A stretch of 55,302 bases of DNA from Octopus bimaculoides (lineage: Eukaryota), in contig NC_068984.1 of NCBI RefSeq assembly GCF_001194135.2, forward strand, positions 129,220,740 through 129,276,041, in the 5' to 3' direction. The position numbers and the translations under genes were made by a program. The notes under the pieces are model-generated. The model saw only the letters and a program-made list of their open reading frames with translations. It had not been told where the DNA came from and made no database searches. Shown one piece after another: positions 23,291 through 35,373 of this stretch. Each line of letters starts with the position of its first letter. Positions within the stretch are counted from its first letter, which is position 1.

Positions 23291-24498
23291 TATTTAAAGA
23301 CAAGAGACTAATTGCTGAGTGACGTGTGGGGAAATGTTTCCAGTGAGGATCTGCGAAAACTATACTGGTGACCACACTGAGAAGAAATTGATTGTCGGAG
23401 TGGATAATAAGGATATCTTGTACATTATGTTCCATTCAAGATGATCAACGAAATATCTAAATACAAGATAGATTCTTAGAATTTATAAATAGTGGTTAGA
23501 ACGGAATAATCTAACCCAGATTTTCTTCGCAAATGTTTCATTCATCTTTCAATTAACTGGGTATTGTTTGGAGAGACGTATGAACTTTAGAATTCTCAAT
23601 GTGAAAAGTTCAAATATACACAGCGGAAGACTATACAGTAAAGAAAAGGGGAGTTAAATCATTTTATATATGATACTAAGTAATAGTGTATAAGATTATA
23701 TTAATAATTTGTAGATCTATTCTTTAAAAAATGCATTTCGTAGTGCATGATAGATAAATAAAAAAGAAAATCTTACACATGACGTCTGAAAAGAAACTGA
23801 AGATAAATTGTTTTGCTGAAGAGAGAAAAGCGTTTTCAGAATGTAATAATGTATTTATCAGCTTAAGTTCTGGTCTATCAGGATATAAAGAAATTAAAAA
23901 GAAAAAAATAACAGGTAGAAAAGTTAACAAAAAAGGAAATACGATATAAGAACCAATTAATGTTCTACAACAGAAACGTGCTATACATAATACGTCTTAA
24001 ATCAAGACTCACCAACATTTTAATCATATAAGCTCTTAGAGCGAATCAGCGTCCCACAAAATAATTTATAGATATACGCGCACGCACACACACAGTTACA
24101 GATATATATATATATATATATATANNNNNNNNNNNNNNNNNNNNNNNNNNNNNNNNNNNNNNNNNNNNNNNNNNNNNNNNNNNNNNNNNNNNNNNNNNNN
24201 NNNNNNNNNNNNNNNNNNNNNNNNNNNTCTCTTGAAAAACACTTCAGCTTTCAAACATCTTGAGATAAAGCGAAAGTAATCCATTATATAGGTATGAAAG
24301 TATATAAAAGAGCACCGAAGTTCTGAGAACTGCAGTCTGCTTAAAATGCTTTTCCAGTGTATATGGACATTAGTTAGAGAATATCCATCTACATATAGCA
24401 AAACAGAGAGCAGAGAGGAAGTCTTGATGTTAAAAATTGACAATGAATCAATAGTCAGCACTGAAGAAATTAGGATTAAGAAAAAGAAATCAAATATT

Positions 24499-24947
24499 TC
24501 TTTCAAATTTTGGTACAAAGCCAACAATTTTGGGGTTAGGGGTAAGTCGATCACCTCGATCCCAGTTCTCAACTGGCATTTTATCGACTCCGAAAGGATG
24601 AAAGGCAAAGTCGATCTCGGTGGGATTTGAACTCAAAACCTAAAAACGGACGAATGTCACTAAGCATTTCGCCTAGTGTACTAACGATTCTTCCAGCTCG
24701 CCACCTTAAAGAAATCAAATATTGATTTCAAATTCTGACGCAAAGCCAGCAAGTTCGAAAGAAGTGGTAAGTTGATCACATCGACCAGTTTAACACTGGT
24801 GTTAAACTGGTACTCATTTTATCGACCTCGAAAGGAGGAAAGGCGAAGTCGACCTCGGTGGAATTTGAACACAGAAAGTTAAGACGGACGAAATGCCGTT
24901 AAGCATTTTTCCCGGCGTATTACCGATTCCGCCAGCTCACTGCCTTG
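24499..24947 (-). mobile_element. Tandem SINE-A pair with triplicated target site
   Basis: aagaaatcaaatatt occurs at 24484-24498, 24709-24723 and 24948-24962. Confidence 0.88.
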
Positions 24948-25044
24948 AAGAAATCAAATATTGACAAATACAAAACATTAACTAATGATCAACTGTGGGT
25001 AGGACAAAGTGAAAAAGAAGCCTCTCACGATGTGCTAAACATAT

Positions 25045-25240
25045 TCCAGGCCGGGCAAAAAGCTTAGCAGAATTTCGTCCGTCTTCCCTTTCTTAGTTCA
25101 AATTCCGTCATGTTGACTTCGCCTTTCATACTTCAGGCTCAGTAAAATAAGTTCCAATTGGACACTGGTGTCGATGTAATCGACTTACCCTCTTACCTGC
25201 AATTGTTGGCCTTGTGCCAAAATGTGAAACCAATATTAGA
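25045..25240 (+). mobile_element. SINE-A copy
   Basis: Match to the family consensus. Confidence 0.75.
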
Positions 25241-25959
25241 ATGTTAGTGGAATACTAAAGATGGAACAAGGAATTAAAGTATTTTTAAAGAAAATTTAAA
25301 ACTAATGAAAATGTAACGAAAATAACTAAAATATACAGCTAAATGAAGTTTTAGAGTGATTTAAAAACTAAACATGATAAAACAATTCTATAAGATAATA
25401 AATCTGTAAGATGTAGACAGAAATATGTATTATGTGAATATTGACAAGATGACCGCTCCTATAATATACTCTATATCTGAAATATATAATGCGAACACAA
25501 AATTTTGTGTTGCTAGGTGTATTGTTACTATTATATACTATGTAAAAAAAAATAACCTATTAAGAATACTGTATTGCTATGTACAAGATGTACATAGGAT
25601 GTAGAATAAAACATGTAATAGTAAATAATATTACTGCTATTACTACTGCTATTACTGCTAAGATAATTCACAAGCTACAAAAAGAACCAAGTTTTCAGTA
25701 GCAAGAAAAGTCTTTAAAATTGTCCAAACATACTAGACATGTCAACATTGAACCAGGAATATTTAATATTGATACTAGGTTTTACACACAAACAATGTAT
25801 GGCTCACGCTCAGAGAGGTTTATTTGCTTATTTACAAGTTGTCTCCATTTCCGTTTTATTGCTTGTCTTCGGACATATAACATCGATCCCTGTTCGTGTT
25901 TGCATGACATTTTATAATTATTTCTTGTCTAATGTTCAACGTTTCTCTGTACCAACTAC

Positions 25960-26280
25960 AGCAACTACAGAACTCAAAACGAAACGTCGTCCGACTAGCT
26001 GACAACGTCTCTCTCAACAAGAAACAACAATTACTGACTTGCAGACGTGCTGGATCCTTTATATGTTTATTTTACCGCTACTACAACGGCCTCTGCTTTT
26101 CTGAACTCTCAAGTTGTATACAATCCCATCCATGCCTACTTTACCCAACCCGATTTTTATCATGTCGATTCTTCTAATGTATCTCGCCTTCCACGCCATT
26201 CCCAGCTGGATCTTACACTAACCACAAACGCTAATCCTCCTCTAGATTCTCTGCCTTCCTATTTTCTCCATTCATGTCGA
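25960..26280 (+). mobile_element. CR1/L2-group LINE ORF2 C-terminal fragment
   Basis: KRNVVRLADNVSLNKKQQLLTCRRAGSFICLFYRYYNGLCFSEL resembles the Q.RA.RL...L..L..RR.V.SL.LFYRYY.G.C..EL C-terminal region of CR1-group LINEs. Confidence 0.7.
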
Positions 26281-26285
26281 TATAT

Positions 26286-26356
<71 letters not shown>

Positions 26357-27289
26357 NNNNNNNNNNNNNNNNNNNNNNNNNNNNNNNNNNNNNNNNNNNN
26401 NNNNNNNNNNNNNNNNNNNNNNNNNNNNNNNNNNNNNNNNNNNNNNNNNNNNNNNNNNNNNNNNNNNNNNNNNNNNNNNNNNNNNNNNNNNNNNNNNNNN
26501 NNNNNNNNNNNNNNNNNNNNNNNNNNNNNNNNNNNNNNNNNNNNNNNNNNNNNNNNNNNNNNNNNNNNNNNNNNNNNNNNNNNNNNNNNNNNNNNNNNNN
26601 NNNNNNNNNNNNNNNNNNNNNNNNNNNNNNNNNNNNNNNNNNNNNNNNNNNNNNNNNNNNNNNNNNNNNNNNNNNNNNNNNNNNNNNNNNNNNNNNNNNN
26701 NNNNNNNNNNNNNNNNNNNNNNNNNNNNNNNNNNNNNNNNNNNNNNNNNNNNNNNNNNNNNNNNNNNNNNNNNNNNNNNNNNNNNNNNNNNNNNNNNNNN
26801 NNNNNNNNNNNNNNNNNNNNNNNNNNNNNNNNNNNNNNNNNNNNNNNNNNNNNNNNNNNNNNNNNNNNNNNNNNNNNNNNNNNNNNNNNNNNNNNNNNNN
26901 NNNNNNNNNNNNNNNNNNNNNNNNNNNNNNNNNNNNNNNNNNNNNNNNNNNNNNNNNNNNNNNNNNNNNNNNNNNNNNNNNNNNNNNNNNNNNNNNNNNN
27001 NNNNNNNNNNNNNNNNNNNNNNNNNNNNNNNNNNNNNNNNNNNNNNNNNNNNNNNNNNNNNNNNNNNNNNNNNNNNNNNNNNNNNNNNNNNNNNNNNNNN
27101 NNNNNNNNNNNNNNNNNNNNNATATATATATATACATACATATATAGATATATATATATACATACACACATAGATATATATACATACATACATACATACA
27201 TACATACATAGATATATATACATACATATAAATGTGTGTGTGTAGGACATTGCCTTAATTATCGGTTTCATATCTTCAGCACTATAATA

Positions 27290-27545
27290 ATTATCATCAT
27301 CATAATCGTCATTATTAAAATCGTCATCAGAATTAGTCGTCATCATCATCATCATCATCAACATCACCGCCAACATCATCAACACTCGGTCGTTGTTGTC
27401 GTCATCACCATAATTAACGTCATCACCATCATCATCATTATCATCTATATCAACATCGTGGTCGTCTTTGTCATCATCAACGTCATCGTCATCATTATCA
27501 TAATCGTTGTTGTCGTCTCGTTATCATCATCATCGTCATTATCAT
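27290..27545. repeat. Mixed (CAT/CGT/CAA)n trinucleotide low-complexity tract
   Basis: Read directly from the sequence. Confidence 0.9.
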
Positions 27546-27792
27546 TACGTCTCTATTTGAAATATTTTCTTTTTTCACAATTCATATCTTAGCATAAACC
27601 ATAAAAAAAACGGAAATTCTCAGTAATACTGCAATATAATAATTTCAGAATTAATAATTTCAAATAAGCTTAAGTGCTCTCTGTAGATTTAGCTGCAAAT
27701 GTTTAGAGAACATTGGGAAATTATGTAACTAACGATGTAGCTTTGGATATTCATAAACACTTTCAAGAAAAAATATTTCAAAATGTCGTGAA

Positions 27793-27960
27793 ACAGGCGC
27801 AGGCATGACTCTGTGGTTAAGAATCATGCTTCCCAACCATATGGTTTTGAGTTCAGTCCCACTGTGTAGCACGTTGGACAAGTTTAATCTTCTATAGCTC
27901 CAGGCAACCCAAGGCCTTGTTAGTAGATTTAGGAGACGAACACTGAAAGGTGCCCATCGT
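27793..27960 (+). mobile_element. SINE-B (CORE-like) 5' half
   Basis: gcgcaggcatgactctgtggttaag ... gagttcagtcccactgtgtagcacgttggacaag, homologous to 42019-42445. Confidence 0.75.
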
Positions 27961-27973
27961 ATACATACATACC

Positions 27974-28013
27974 GGCCATGACGAAGGGAAATAGCCCTGA
28001 AACTCGAGTCGCC
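27974..28013 (+). ncRNA. Minimal type I hammerhead ribozyme-like motif (Penelope-type)
   Basis: GGC-C(A)UGACGA-AGGG/AAAUAG/CCCU-GAA-ACUCGAGU-C-GCC. Stem I GGC/GCC, stem II AGGG/CCCU, fully palindromic stem III ACUCGAGU, GUC cleavage triplet. One extra A in the CUGA core. Confidence 0.6.
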
Positions 28014-28420
28014 TTTATATATTTATATTTATATATTTGATCCTTTATATTGAACACTCAATATTTCATCTACATTCAATACTTTATTTCATGATGCCAT
28101 CCACTTTTATTTTATTTTATTTTATATTATATATTGTATATTATATTATATATTGTATATTCCATATTCTATACCCCACATTGGTTCTGCAGGAATATAA
28201 ATAAAACATAAAAAACAGACAGTGTTGGAACTCTTTTAAACAAAATAATATATATATATATTTGTTTTGCAAGATTTTTGATGTGAAATCGTGTGTTGAA
28301 ACAGATGTTGTTGTACTTGGGGATGGTCATATTGCCAGTTTAGCCAATAAAAACACACGCACTGTATATTTGGTGTTAATTTGCTTCAACTTTATATTAC
28401 ATTAATCTTAATCTTATTTC

Positions 28421-28465
28421 GGCCAGAGTTCTTTCGTCACACTTCTGTGACCTCATCAGTGGTCC
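28421..28465 (-). ncRNA. Minimal type I hammerhead ribozyme-like motif (Penelope-type)
   Basis: Minus strand: GGACCA-CUGAUGAG-GUCACA/GAAG/UGUGAC-GAA-AG/AA/CU-C-UGGCC. Intact CUGAUGA and GAAA core, 6-bp stem II, minimal stem III, CUC triplet, stem I CCA/UGG, one extra G before stem II. Confidence 0.6.
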
Positions 28466-28513
28466 TTTGTTTCCTTCTTTCTTATGTGTGTCTCACCTTG
28501 CTAACTATCAGCC

Positions 28514-28581
<68 letters not shown>

Positions 28582-29099
28582 CCCTGACAAGAATCATAAG
28601 CTCTACGCTCCCTCCTCTGACTCATAACAAAAGAAATATTTTTATAAAATACGAATAAAACAACGCTTAAAAGCATTGTCAGTTAGCTGTAAAAATACTA
28701 TAAAGCAAAATATATATGCGTATGTATGATCATACATGTGCACATAATTGTAAGATGTTAATGAAAAGCTTTACAAGACATGCCCGTCTTGCATCATAAT
28801 TCTATGAAAATCTATTAAAACCTGTTATTCGTCGTAAAACTTCTATTAGCTAATACAATATGGCTTCTATCGCATTGGCAACGAAATTAAGCTTGTGAGA
28901 CTTATTGGTCATCACCGTATAATTATGTTATTCTCTTGCGTGTAAGCTCCAGTGCTAAAATGTGACTGCATAAAACTGTATGTAACTGAATCCTGATTTG
29001 AATGAAACATGTAGAAAATGCTAATCAGAAACTAATTTGAACAAACTTGTTTTGCAATGTAATAAATATCATTTCCACCATATGCATGAGGGCACAAAT

Positions 29100-30030
29100 A
29101 CGTGGGGAGAATACCGCTTAAATTGATCCGTGTATTTGATTGAAATTTTATGTCATAAGGACTACGAACATATGAAAGTTACAGTTGACACAAGTATAGT
29201 TTGAACTCAGGACGTAATGAGACATAAGTGAATACCGCAAATCTTTCCTCATCGTCTCTAGCGATCCTGTCAATCTGCCGTTTAGCTTTCTTCTTAATTT
29301 TCACATATTTTTGGTTTCTGTTTAAGAAATCTTTTAGTATCATGTTCAGTTCTCCCTAAGAGATATCTAAATTTATATATACAATATATCTGATTGTATA
29401 AATGATACATTTTTTTTTTCGTGTGTGCATTTCACTCATGGGATATATCTTTTATAAACTGTTTACATTTCAAACCAATTATAATGTATCATATTCACAG
29501 ATGTACATTTGTAATCGTCTGCACATGTTCTGCGACATTACCTGGCTTAACACTGAAATCTTATTTAAGAAAGAATATATATATACGTGTATACGTGAGT
29601 GCGCATTTTGTGGTTGTTAATGGTGGTAGTAGTGATAGAGCAGTTATTTTAAAAGGTATTATTTCGCACGATCGTTAGAAAGTTGGACAAAATGTTTTTC
29701 AGTATTTCTTCTGGCTATTTACGCTCTGACTTCAAACCCAATTGATGTAAGTTTTGCCTTTCGTCCATCTGAAGTCGAGAAAATACCACTCAAGTACTGA
29801 CCTTAATAGTATCAACTAATCCCTCACCTTGAACCTAAATTAGAAACAATTATTATCGCAGAGACAGTATTTAGAAAAGTTAGCCGGTCGGACAAAAATT
29901 ATGCTCTCGATCTTTGCGTTTTTTTCACCTTTTTGGAGTTGACAAAATGGAATACGGTTAAGTAGTGGAATCAGTATAATCATTTACTCCCTAACCCAAT
30001 TTTCTAGCGTTGTGCCTATGTTAGAAACCG
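29100..30030. mobile_element. Three heavily degraded SINE-A copies (about 29100-29285 minus; 29650-29855 and 29865-30030 plus)
   Basis: Residual motifs such as tttgaactcaggacgt and gttttgcctttcgtcc. Confidence 0.5.
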
Positions 30031-30093
30031 TTATTGCTATCGTAGTTACTTTTACTACAATCTTATTAAGTTAATCTTTTATTAAACCAGCAT

Positions 30094-30299
30094 AAGGCGT
30101 CGAAATGGCAGAATCGTTAGCGCGCTGGACGAAATGCTTAGCGACATTTCGCCCGTCACTACGTTCTGAGTTCAAATTCCGCCGAGGTTGACTTTACCTT
30201 TCATCCTTTCGAGGTCGATAAAACAAGTACCAGTTACGCACTGGGGTCGATGTAATCGAATTAATCCCTTCCCAAAAAATTTGAGGCCAGTAGAAAGGA
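30094..30299 (+). mobile_element. SINE-A with 15-bp TSD
   Basis: ttattaaaccagcat at 30079-30093 and 30300-30314. Confidence 0.9.
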
Positions 30300-30325
30300 T
30301 TATTAAACCAGCATTGTTCAAATAT

Positions 30326-30568
30326 GAAGACGCGTGACCTCGTGGTTAGGGTATTGCACTCACGATCTTCAGTTCGTGGTTTCGATTCTCGGGCCCTGCG
30401 GTGCGTTATCTTCCTAAGCAAAGTACTTTATTTCAAGTTGTTCCAGTCCACTCAGCTATAAATGAGTAACCCTGGGACGGACTGGCGCCCCGTTTAGGGG
30501 GAATTTTGTGATGCTGATCATTTATACGCCATTGAAACTCGGTAACCGTCCCTATGTGTCCTTGGACA
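30326..30568 (+). mobile_element. tRNA-headed SINE, head B plus tail Y
   Basis: A box gtggttaggg and B box ggtttcgattc. Tail cctgggacggactggcgccccgtttaggggg...tatacgccattgaaac is shared with 33368. Confidence 0.7.
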
Positions 30569-31037
30569 TTGTTCAAATAATCATTTCTAATTAATCATTG
30601 ATAACTGATTGTTCAAATGCTACACATTACGAGAAAGAAAGGGTGAAAGAGTAGATGAGATTTCCTACTTTGTAATCTCAACTGTTAATAATATCTTGAT
30701 TAAGATCATCATGAAAGGTGTTGACGGTGATAAAGAAAAGATACAACCACGAATCTTCGGTGAAATCATTATGCTAGTTTGATAAATTTAAATATTGCCT
30801 CCCATAGTTTAAGTGTGCAGCTAGAGATTTATGTAGTTTGTTGTTGGCATCGTTCTCTTATTGGAATTATTTCGCTCAATTTATTTCAGCCGTTAAAAAT
30901 CTTTGGACTATTTCAAACGTCCAAACTACAAATTCTCATAAATCTGCTTCTCACAGTTCAGTTCAGACATAGCTCAGGAATGGAAGCTGTTACAATTCCT
31001 TTAGTGTTGTAAATATTCAAGCCCTAAAAACCAGTTA

Positions 31038-31402
31038 GGTATGGCTGTTTGGTTAAGGAACTTGCTGTGCAGCCAGGTGCTTTCGGGTTCAGTCTCTCTG
31101 TAAGGTATATTAAGCGATTGTCTTTTATTAAGGCTTCGGACCGGCCAATGCTTTGTGAGTTAATTTGGCAGACAGAAACTGTGTGGAAGCCTTTTGATGA
31201 TGTGTGTATGTCTGTGTTTGTGTTTGTCCTCCACGACCGTTTGACAGCTAGCATGGTTTGTTTATGTTCCCATAACTTAGCAGTTCGCTAAGTGGAATAA
31301 GTACTAGACTTAAAATAAGTCCTGGGGTCGATTTGTTCCACTAAACCCTTTAAGACGGTGTCCCAGCATGGCTGCAGTCCAATAACTTAAACGAGTAAAA
31401 GT
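31038..31402 (+). mobile_element. SINE-B, near full length, diverged
   Basis: Colinear with 42019-42445. Confidence 0.8.
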
Positions 31403-31861
31403 TAATTAATCTATATCGCATGTTTTCTCAAAAATTACAGTAAGGATCTGATGGTTTAATGAATAAGCAGTGTTGCTGTGAATGGTGGCAATCGATATTC
31501 CAATCGAGCCAAAGAAACAATATTTCCATTGTTTATTCTGTTTTTGTTCTTGTTCTTTTAATATTACCTGCCGGTCGTAAATCCTGACAGTTCATTTTTG
31601 TTTTTTGCTGTTGGTTTTTTTTTTTTAATCAGTGAATTAGCAGGATTTGAACTCAGAATGCGTAGAGCAGGAACGGATCTTGTCACACGCTCTAACAATT
31701 CCGACAACCCAGAGCCCTGAACAACTATTATATTTTATCGACCACCCCTCGAAAGATAAAAGGCCAAGTTAACTACGGAGGGCGGAGTTTGAACTCAGAG
31801 CGCAGTGAGTCAGAGGCAACCTATCTAGCACTTTATCGATCCTGCCACGTCACCACCATAT

Positions 31862-32836
31862 TAGTAATACTGATTTCAAATTTTGGCACAAGGCCAGCAA
31901 TTTCGGAGAAGGGGGAAAATCGACTCCAGTGTTCAAGTGGTACTTATTTTATCGACTCCGAAAGTATGAAAGGCAAAATCGACTTCGGCGGAATTTGAAT
32001 TCAGAACATAAAGACAGACGAAATGCCGCTAAGCATTTTACCCAGCATGCTAGCGTTTCTGCCAGCACCACGCTTTCACCTTATTAGTAATATCATGTTG
32101 CTAAGTTGTAACAAGCTCATTAAAGTTAGAAACGTGATTTTTCCCAAGATCTATTTCTGAAAACTATTTCAAAGACAAGATATCATGTAATAATTATGAC
32201 ATGAAAAAAAAATCATGAAATAACTTCATATCATTGTAAAAACTTAAAAGTCAACAGGGAAACCTTTCATCTTCTGTCTGACCTCTCATCATCTCAAAGC
32301 TTTGAACTTGCATCCAATGGATTTCTGACGAAGATTAAACTCGAGGACCTAAAATCGAAGCTAAATGCAGAATACTATCCTCTTTTTTTTAATCTGTTGT
32401 CTACTTGTTTCAGTCATTGGACTGCGGTCATGCTGGGGCACCACCTCGGAGGTTTTTTTTTGTTTTTTTTTTTAGTAGATCAAATCGACTCCAGCACTTA
32501 TTCTATTGTTTCTCTTTTGCCGAACATCTAAGTTACGGGAACGTAAACAAACCAACATGGGTTGTCGAACGGTGTAGGTACAATCATAAGCATACACGTA
32601 CATACAAATACTATATATATATTCTTCTCCTACTCTAGGCACAAGGCCCGAAATTTTGTGGGAGGGGGCCAGTCGATTAGATCGACCCCAGTACGCAACT
32701 GGTACTTAATTTATCGACCCCGAAAGGATGAAAGGCACAGTCGACATCAGCGGAATTTGAACTCAGAACGTAAAGACAAACAAAATACCGCTATACATTT
32801 CGCCCGGTGTGCTAACGTTTCTGTCAGCTCGCTACC
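31862..32836 (-). mobile_element. Cluster: SINE-A (31862-32080), SINE-B 3' half (32400-32590), SINE-A (32625-32836)
   Basis: Antisense matches to both family consensuses. Confidence 0.8.
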
Positions 32837-32863
32837 TTTTATTTTTATATATATTTTTTTGTT

Positions 32864-32898
<35 letters not shown>

Positions 32899-33019
32899 NN
32901 NNNNNNNNNNNNNNNNNNNNNNNNNNNNNNNNNNNNNNNNNNNNNNNNNNNNNNNNNNNNNNNNNNNNNNNNNNNNNNNNNNNNNNNNNNNNNNNNNNNN
33001 NNNNNNNNNNATATATACA

Positions 33020-33175
33020 CACACACACAGCTTCCTTCAACTAAATTCACTCATAAAGCATTGGTCGGCCCCAAAGGTGTAGTAGAAGACACTTGCCCTA
33101 GGTGCCGTGCAGTGGAGCTAAGCCTGAAACCAGATGGTTGCAAAGCGAGCTTTTTAAACACAGTCATGCCTTGTG
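33020..33175 (-). mobile_element. SINE-B 5' half
   Basis: gtagtagaagacacttgccctaggtgccgtgcagtgg is the antisense of the CORE-like segment. Confidence 0.75.
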
Positions 33176-33367
33176 TATAACCTTTCTATTTTTTTTAAGA
33201 TGGTATGTAGTGATTTGAGGGATATTTAACTACTGTTTCTAGCAAATTCAGTGACTGTGTATAACACTCCGCTCCTCTTTACTACATTCACAGCTTAACA
33301 TGGAACAGGGTTTAAGGTCAAAATGAATCAACAATTATGAATATTTTAAAACTGTATATTAAATAAT

Positions 33368-33643
33368 GGAGGCACATGGCCTAGTGGTCAGAGCAGCGGA
33401 CTCACGGTCGAGGGATCGCGGACCCCGAATCTCAAACCGGGCGATGTGTGTGGTTATAAGCGAAACACCTAAGCTCCACGCGGCTCCGGCAGAAGGTAAT
33501 GGTGAACTTCTGCTGACTCTTTCGCCACAACTTCCTCTCACTCTTTCCCCCTGTATTTATCAGCTCACCTGCGACGGATCAGCGTCCTATCTAGGTGGGG
33601 AATCTATACGCCAATGAAACCAGGAAACCGGCCCTTATGAGCC
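33368..33643 (+). mobile_element. tRNA-headed SINE, head A' plus tail Y
   Basis: Head ggaggcacatggcctagtggtcagagcagcggactc...ctccggcag...ctctttcgccacaacttcctctcactc is shared with 34983 and 53188. Tail is shared with 30326. Confidence 0.75.
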
Positions 33644-33694
33644 ACCTCCCAGAAATTGCTGGCCTTGTACCAAGACTTAAAACCAATGTATTCT

Positions 33695-34004
33695 TTTCTA
33701 CTCTAGGCACAAGGCCCGAAATTTTGAGGGAGGGGGCCAGTCGATTAGATCGAACCAGTACGTAGCTGGTACTTAATTTATCGAACCCCGAAAGGATGAA
33801 GGTAAAGTTGACTTCGGCGGAATTTGAACTCAGAACGTAAAGACAAAAGAAATACCGCTAAACATTTTGCGCAGCGTGCTAACGTTTCTTATTTCTTTAT
33901 TGCTCACAAGGGGCTAAACATAGAGGGGACAAACAAGGACAGACAAAGGGATTAAGTCGATTACATCGACACCAGTACGTAACTGATACTTAATTTATCA
34001 ACCC
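33695..34004 (-). mobile_element. SINE-A copy followed by the tail of a long-tail SINE-A that runs into a gap
   Basis: Match to the family consensus. Confidence 0.8.
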
Positions 34005-34982
34005 NNNNNNNNNNNNNNNNNNNNNNNNNNNNNNNNNNNNNNNNNNNNNNNNNNNNNNNNNNNNNNNNNNNNNNNNNNNNNNNNNNNNNNNNNNNNNNNN
34101 NNNNNNNNNNNNNNNNNNNNNNNNNNNNNNNNNNNNNNNNNNNNNNNNNNNNNNNNNNNNNNNNNNNNNNNNNNNNNNNNNNNNNNNNNNNNNNNNNNNN
34201 NNNNNNNNNNNNNNNNNNNNNNNNNNNNNNNNNNNNNNNNNNNNNNNNNNNNNNNNNNNNNNNNNNNNNNNNNNNNNNNNNNNNNNNNNNNNNNNNNNNN
34301 NNNNNNNNNNNNNNNNNNNNNNNNNNNNNNNNNNNNNNNNNNNNNNNNNNNNNNNNNNNNNNNNNNNNNNNNNNNNNNNNNNNNNNNNNNNNNNNNNNNN
34401 NNNNNNNNNNNNNNNNNNNNNNNNNNNNNNNNNNNNNNNNNNNNNNNNNNNNNNNNNNNNNNNNNNNNNNNNNNNNNNNNNNNNNNNNNNNNNNNNNNNN
34501 NNNNNNNNNNNNNNNNNNNNNNNNNNNNNNNNNNNNNNNNNNNNNNNNNNNNNNNNNNNNNNNNNNNNNNNNNNNNNNNNNNNNNNNNNNNNNNNNNNNN
34601 NNNNNNNNNNNNNNNNATATATATATATATATAGCAATCGAATTCTCCCATAATATATAAATATATATATATATATATATATGTATTATGGGAGAATTCG
34701 ATTGCTTTCTCCGTAATATATTGATATCACACATATACCAACATACGTGTATTTGTGTGTGTGTGTGTGTGTGGTAGGCCGAAATTTCGTAGTCATGGTT
34801 ATTGAACTTCTTGTGAAAGTATTGAATAATTCTGCCGTTTAATATTGGTTTCAAATGTTGGCACAAGGCCAGCAAGTTTGAGGGAGGGGATGAGTCGATT
34901 ACATCGACCTCAGTGCTCATGTAGTACTTATTTTATCGACTCCGAGAGTATGAAAGGCAAAGTCGACCTCAGCGGAATTTGT

Positions 34983-35373
34983 TTGTTGTTATTGGCACTC
35001 CGTCGCTTTCGACGTCGAGGGTTCCAGTTGATCCGATCAACAGAACAGCATGCTCGTGAAATTAACGTGCAAGTGGCTGAGCACTCCACAGACACGTGTA
35101 CTCTTAACGTAGTTCTCGGGGATATTCAGCGTGACACAGAGTGTGACAAGGCTGGCCCTTCGAATTACAGGCACAACAAAAACAGGAAGAGTGAGTGAGA
35201 GAAAGTTGTAGTGGAAGAGTACAGCAGGGTTCGCCACCATCACCTGCGGGAGCCTCGTGGAGCTTTTAGGTGTTTTCGCTCAATAAACACTCACAACGCC
35301 CGGTCTGGGAATCGAAACCGCGATCCTGTGACCGCGAATCCGCTGCCCTAACCATTGGGCCATTGCGCCTCCA
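34983..35373 (-). mobile_element. Full-length tRNA-headed SINE (head A' plus tail X, (CAA)n end) nested inside SINE-A
   Basis: TSD gcggaatttgt at 34972-34982 and 35376-35386. The host SINE-A halves lie at 34845-34982 and 35374-35462. Confidence 0.9.
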
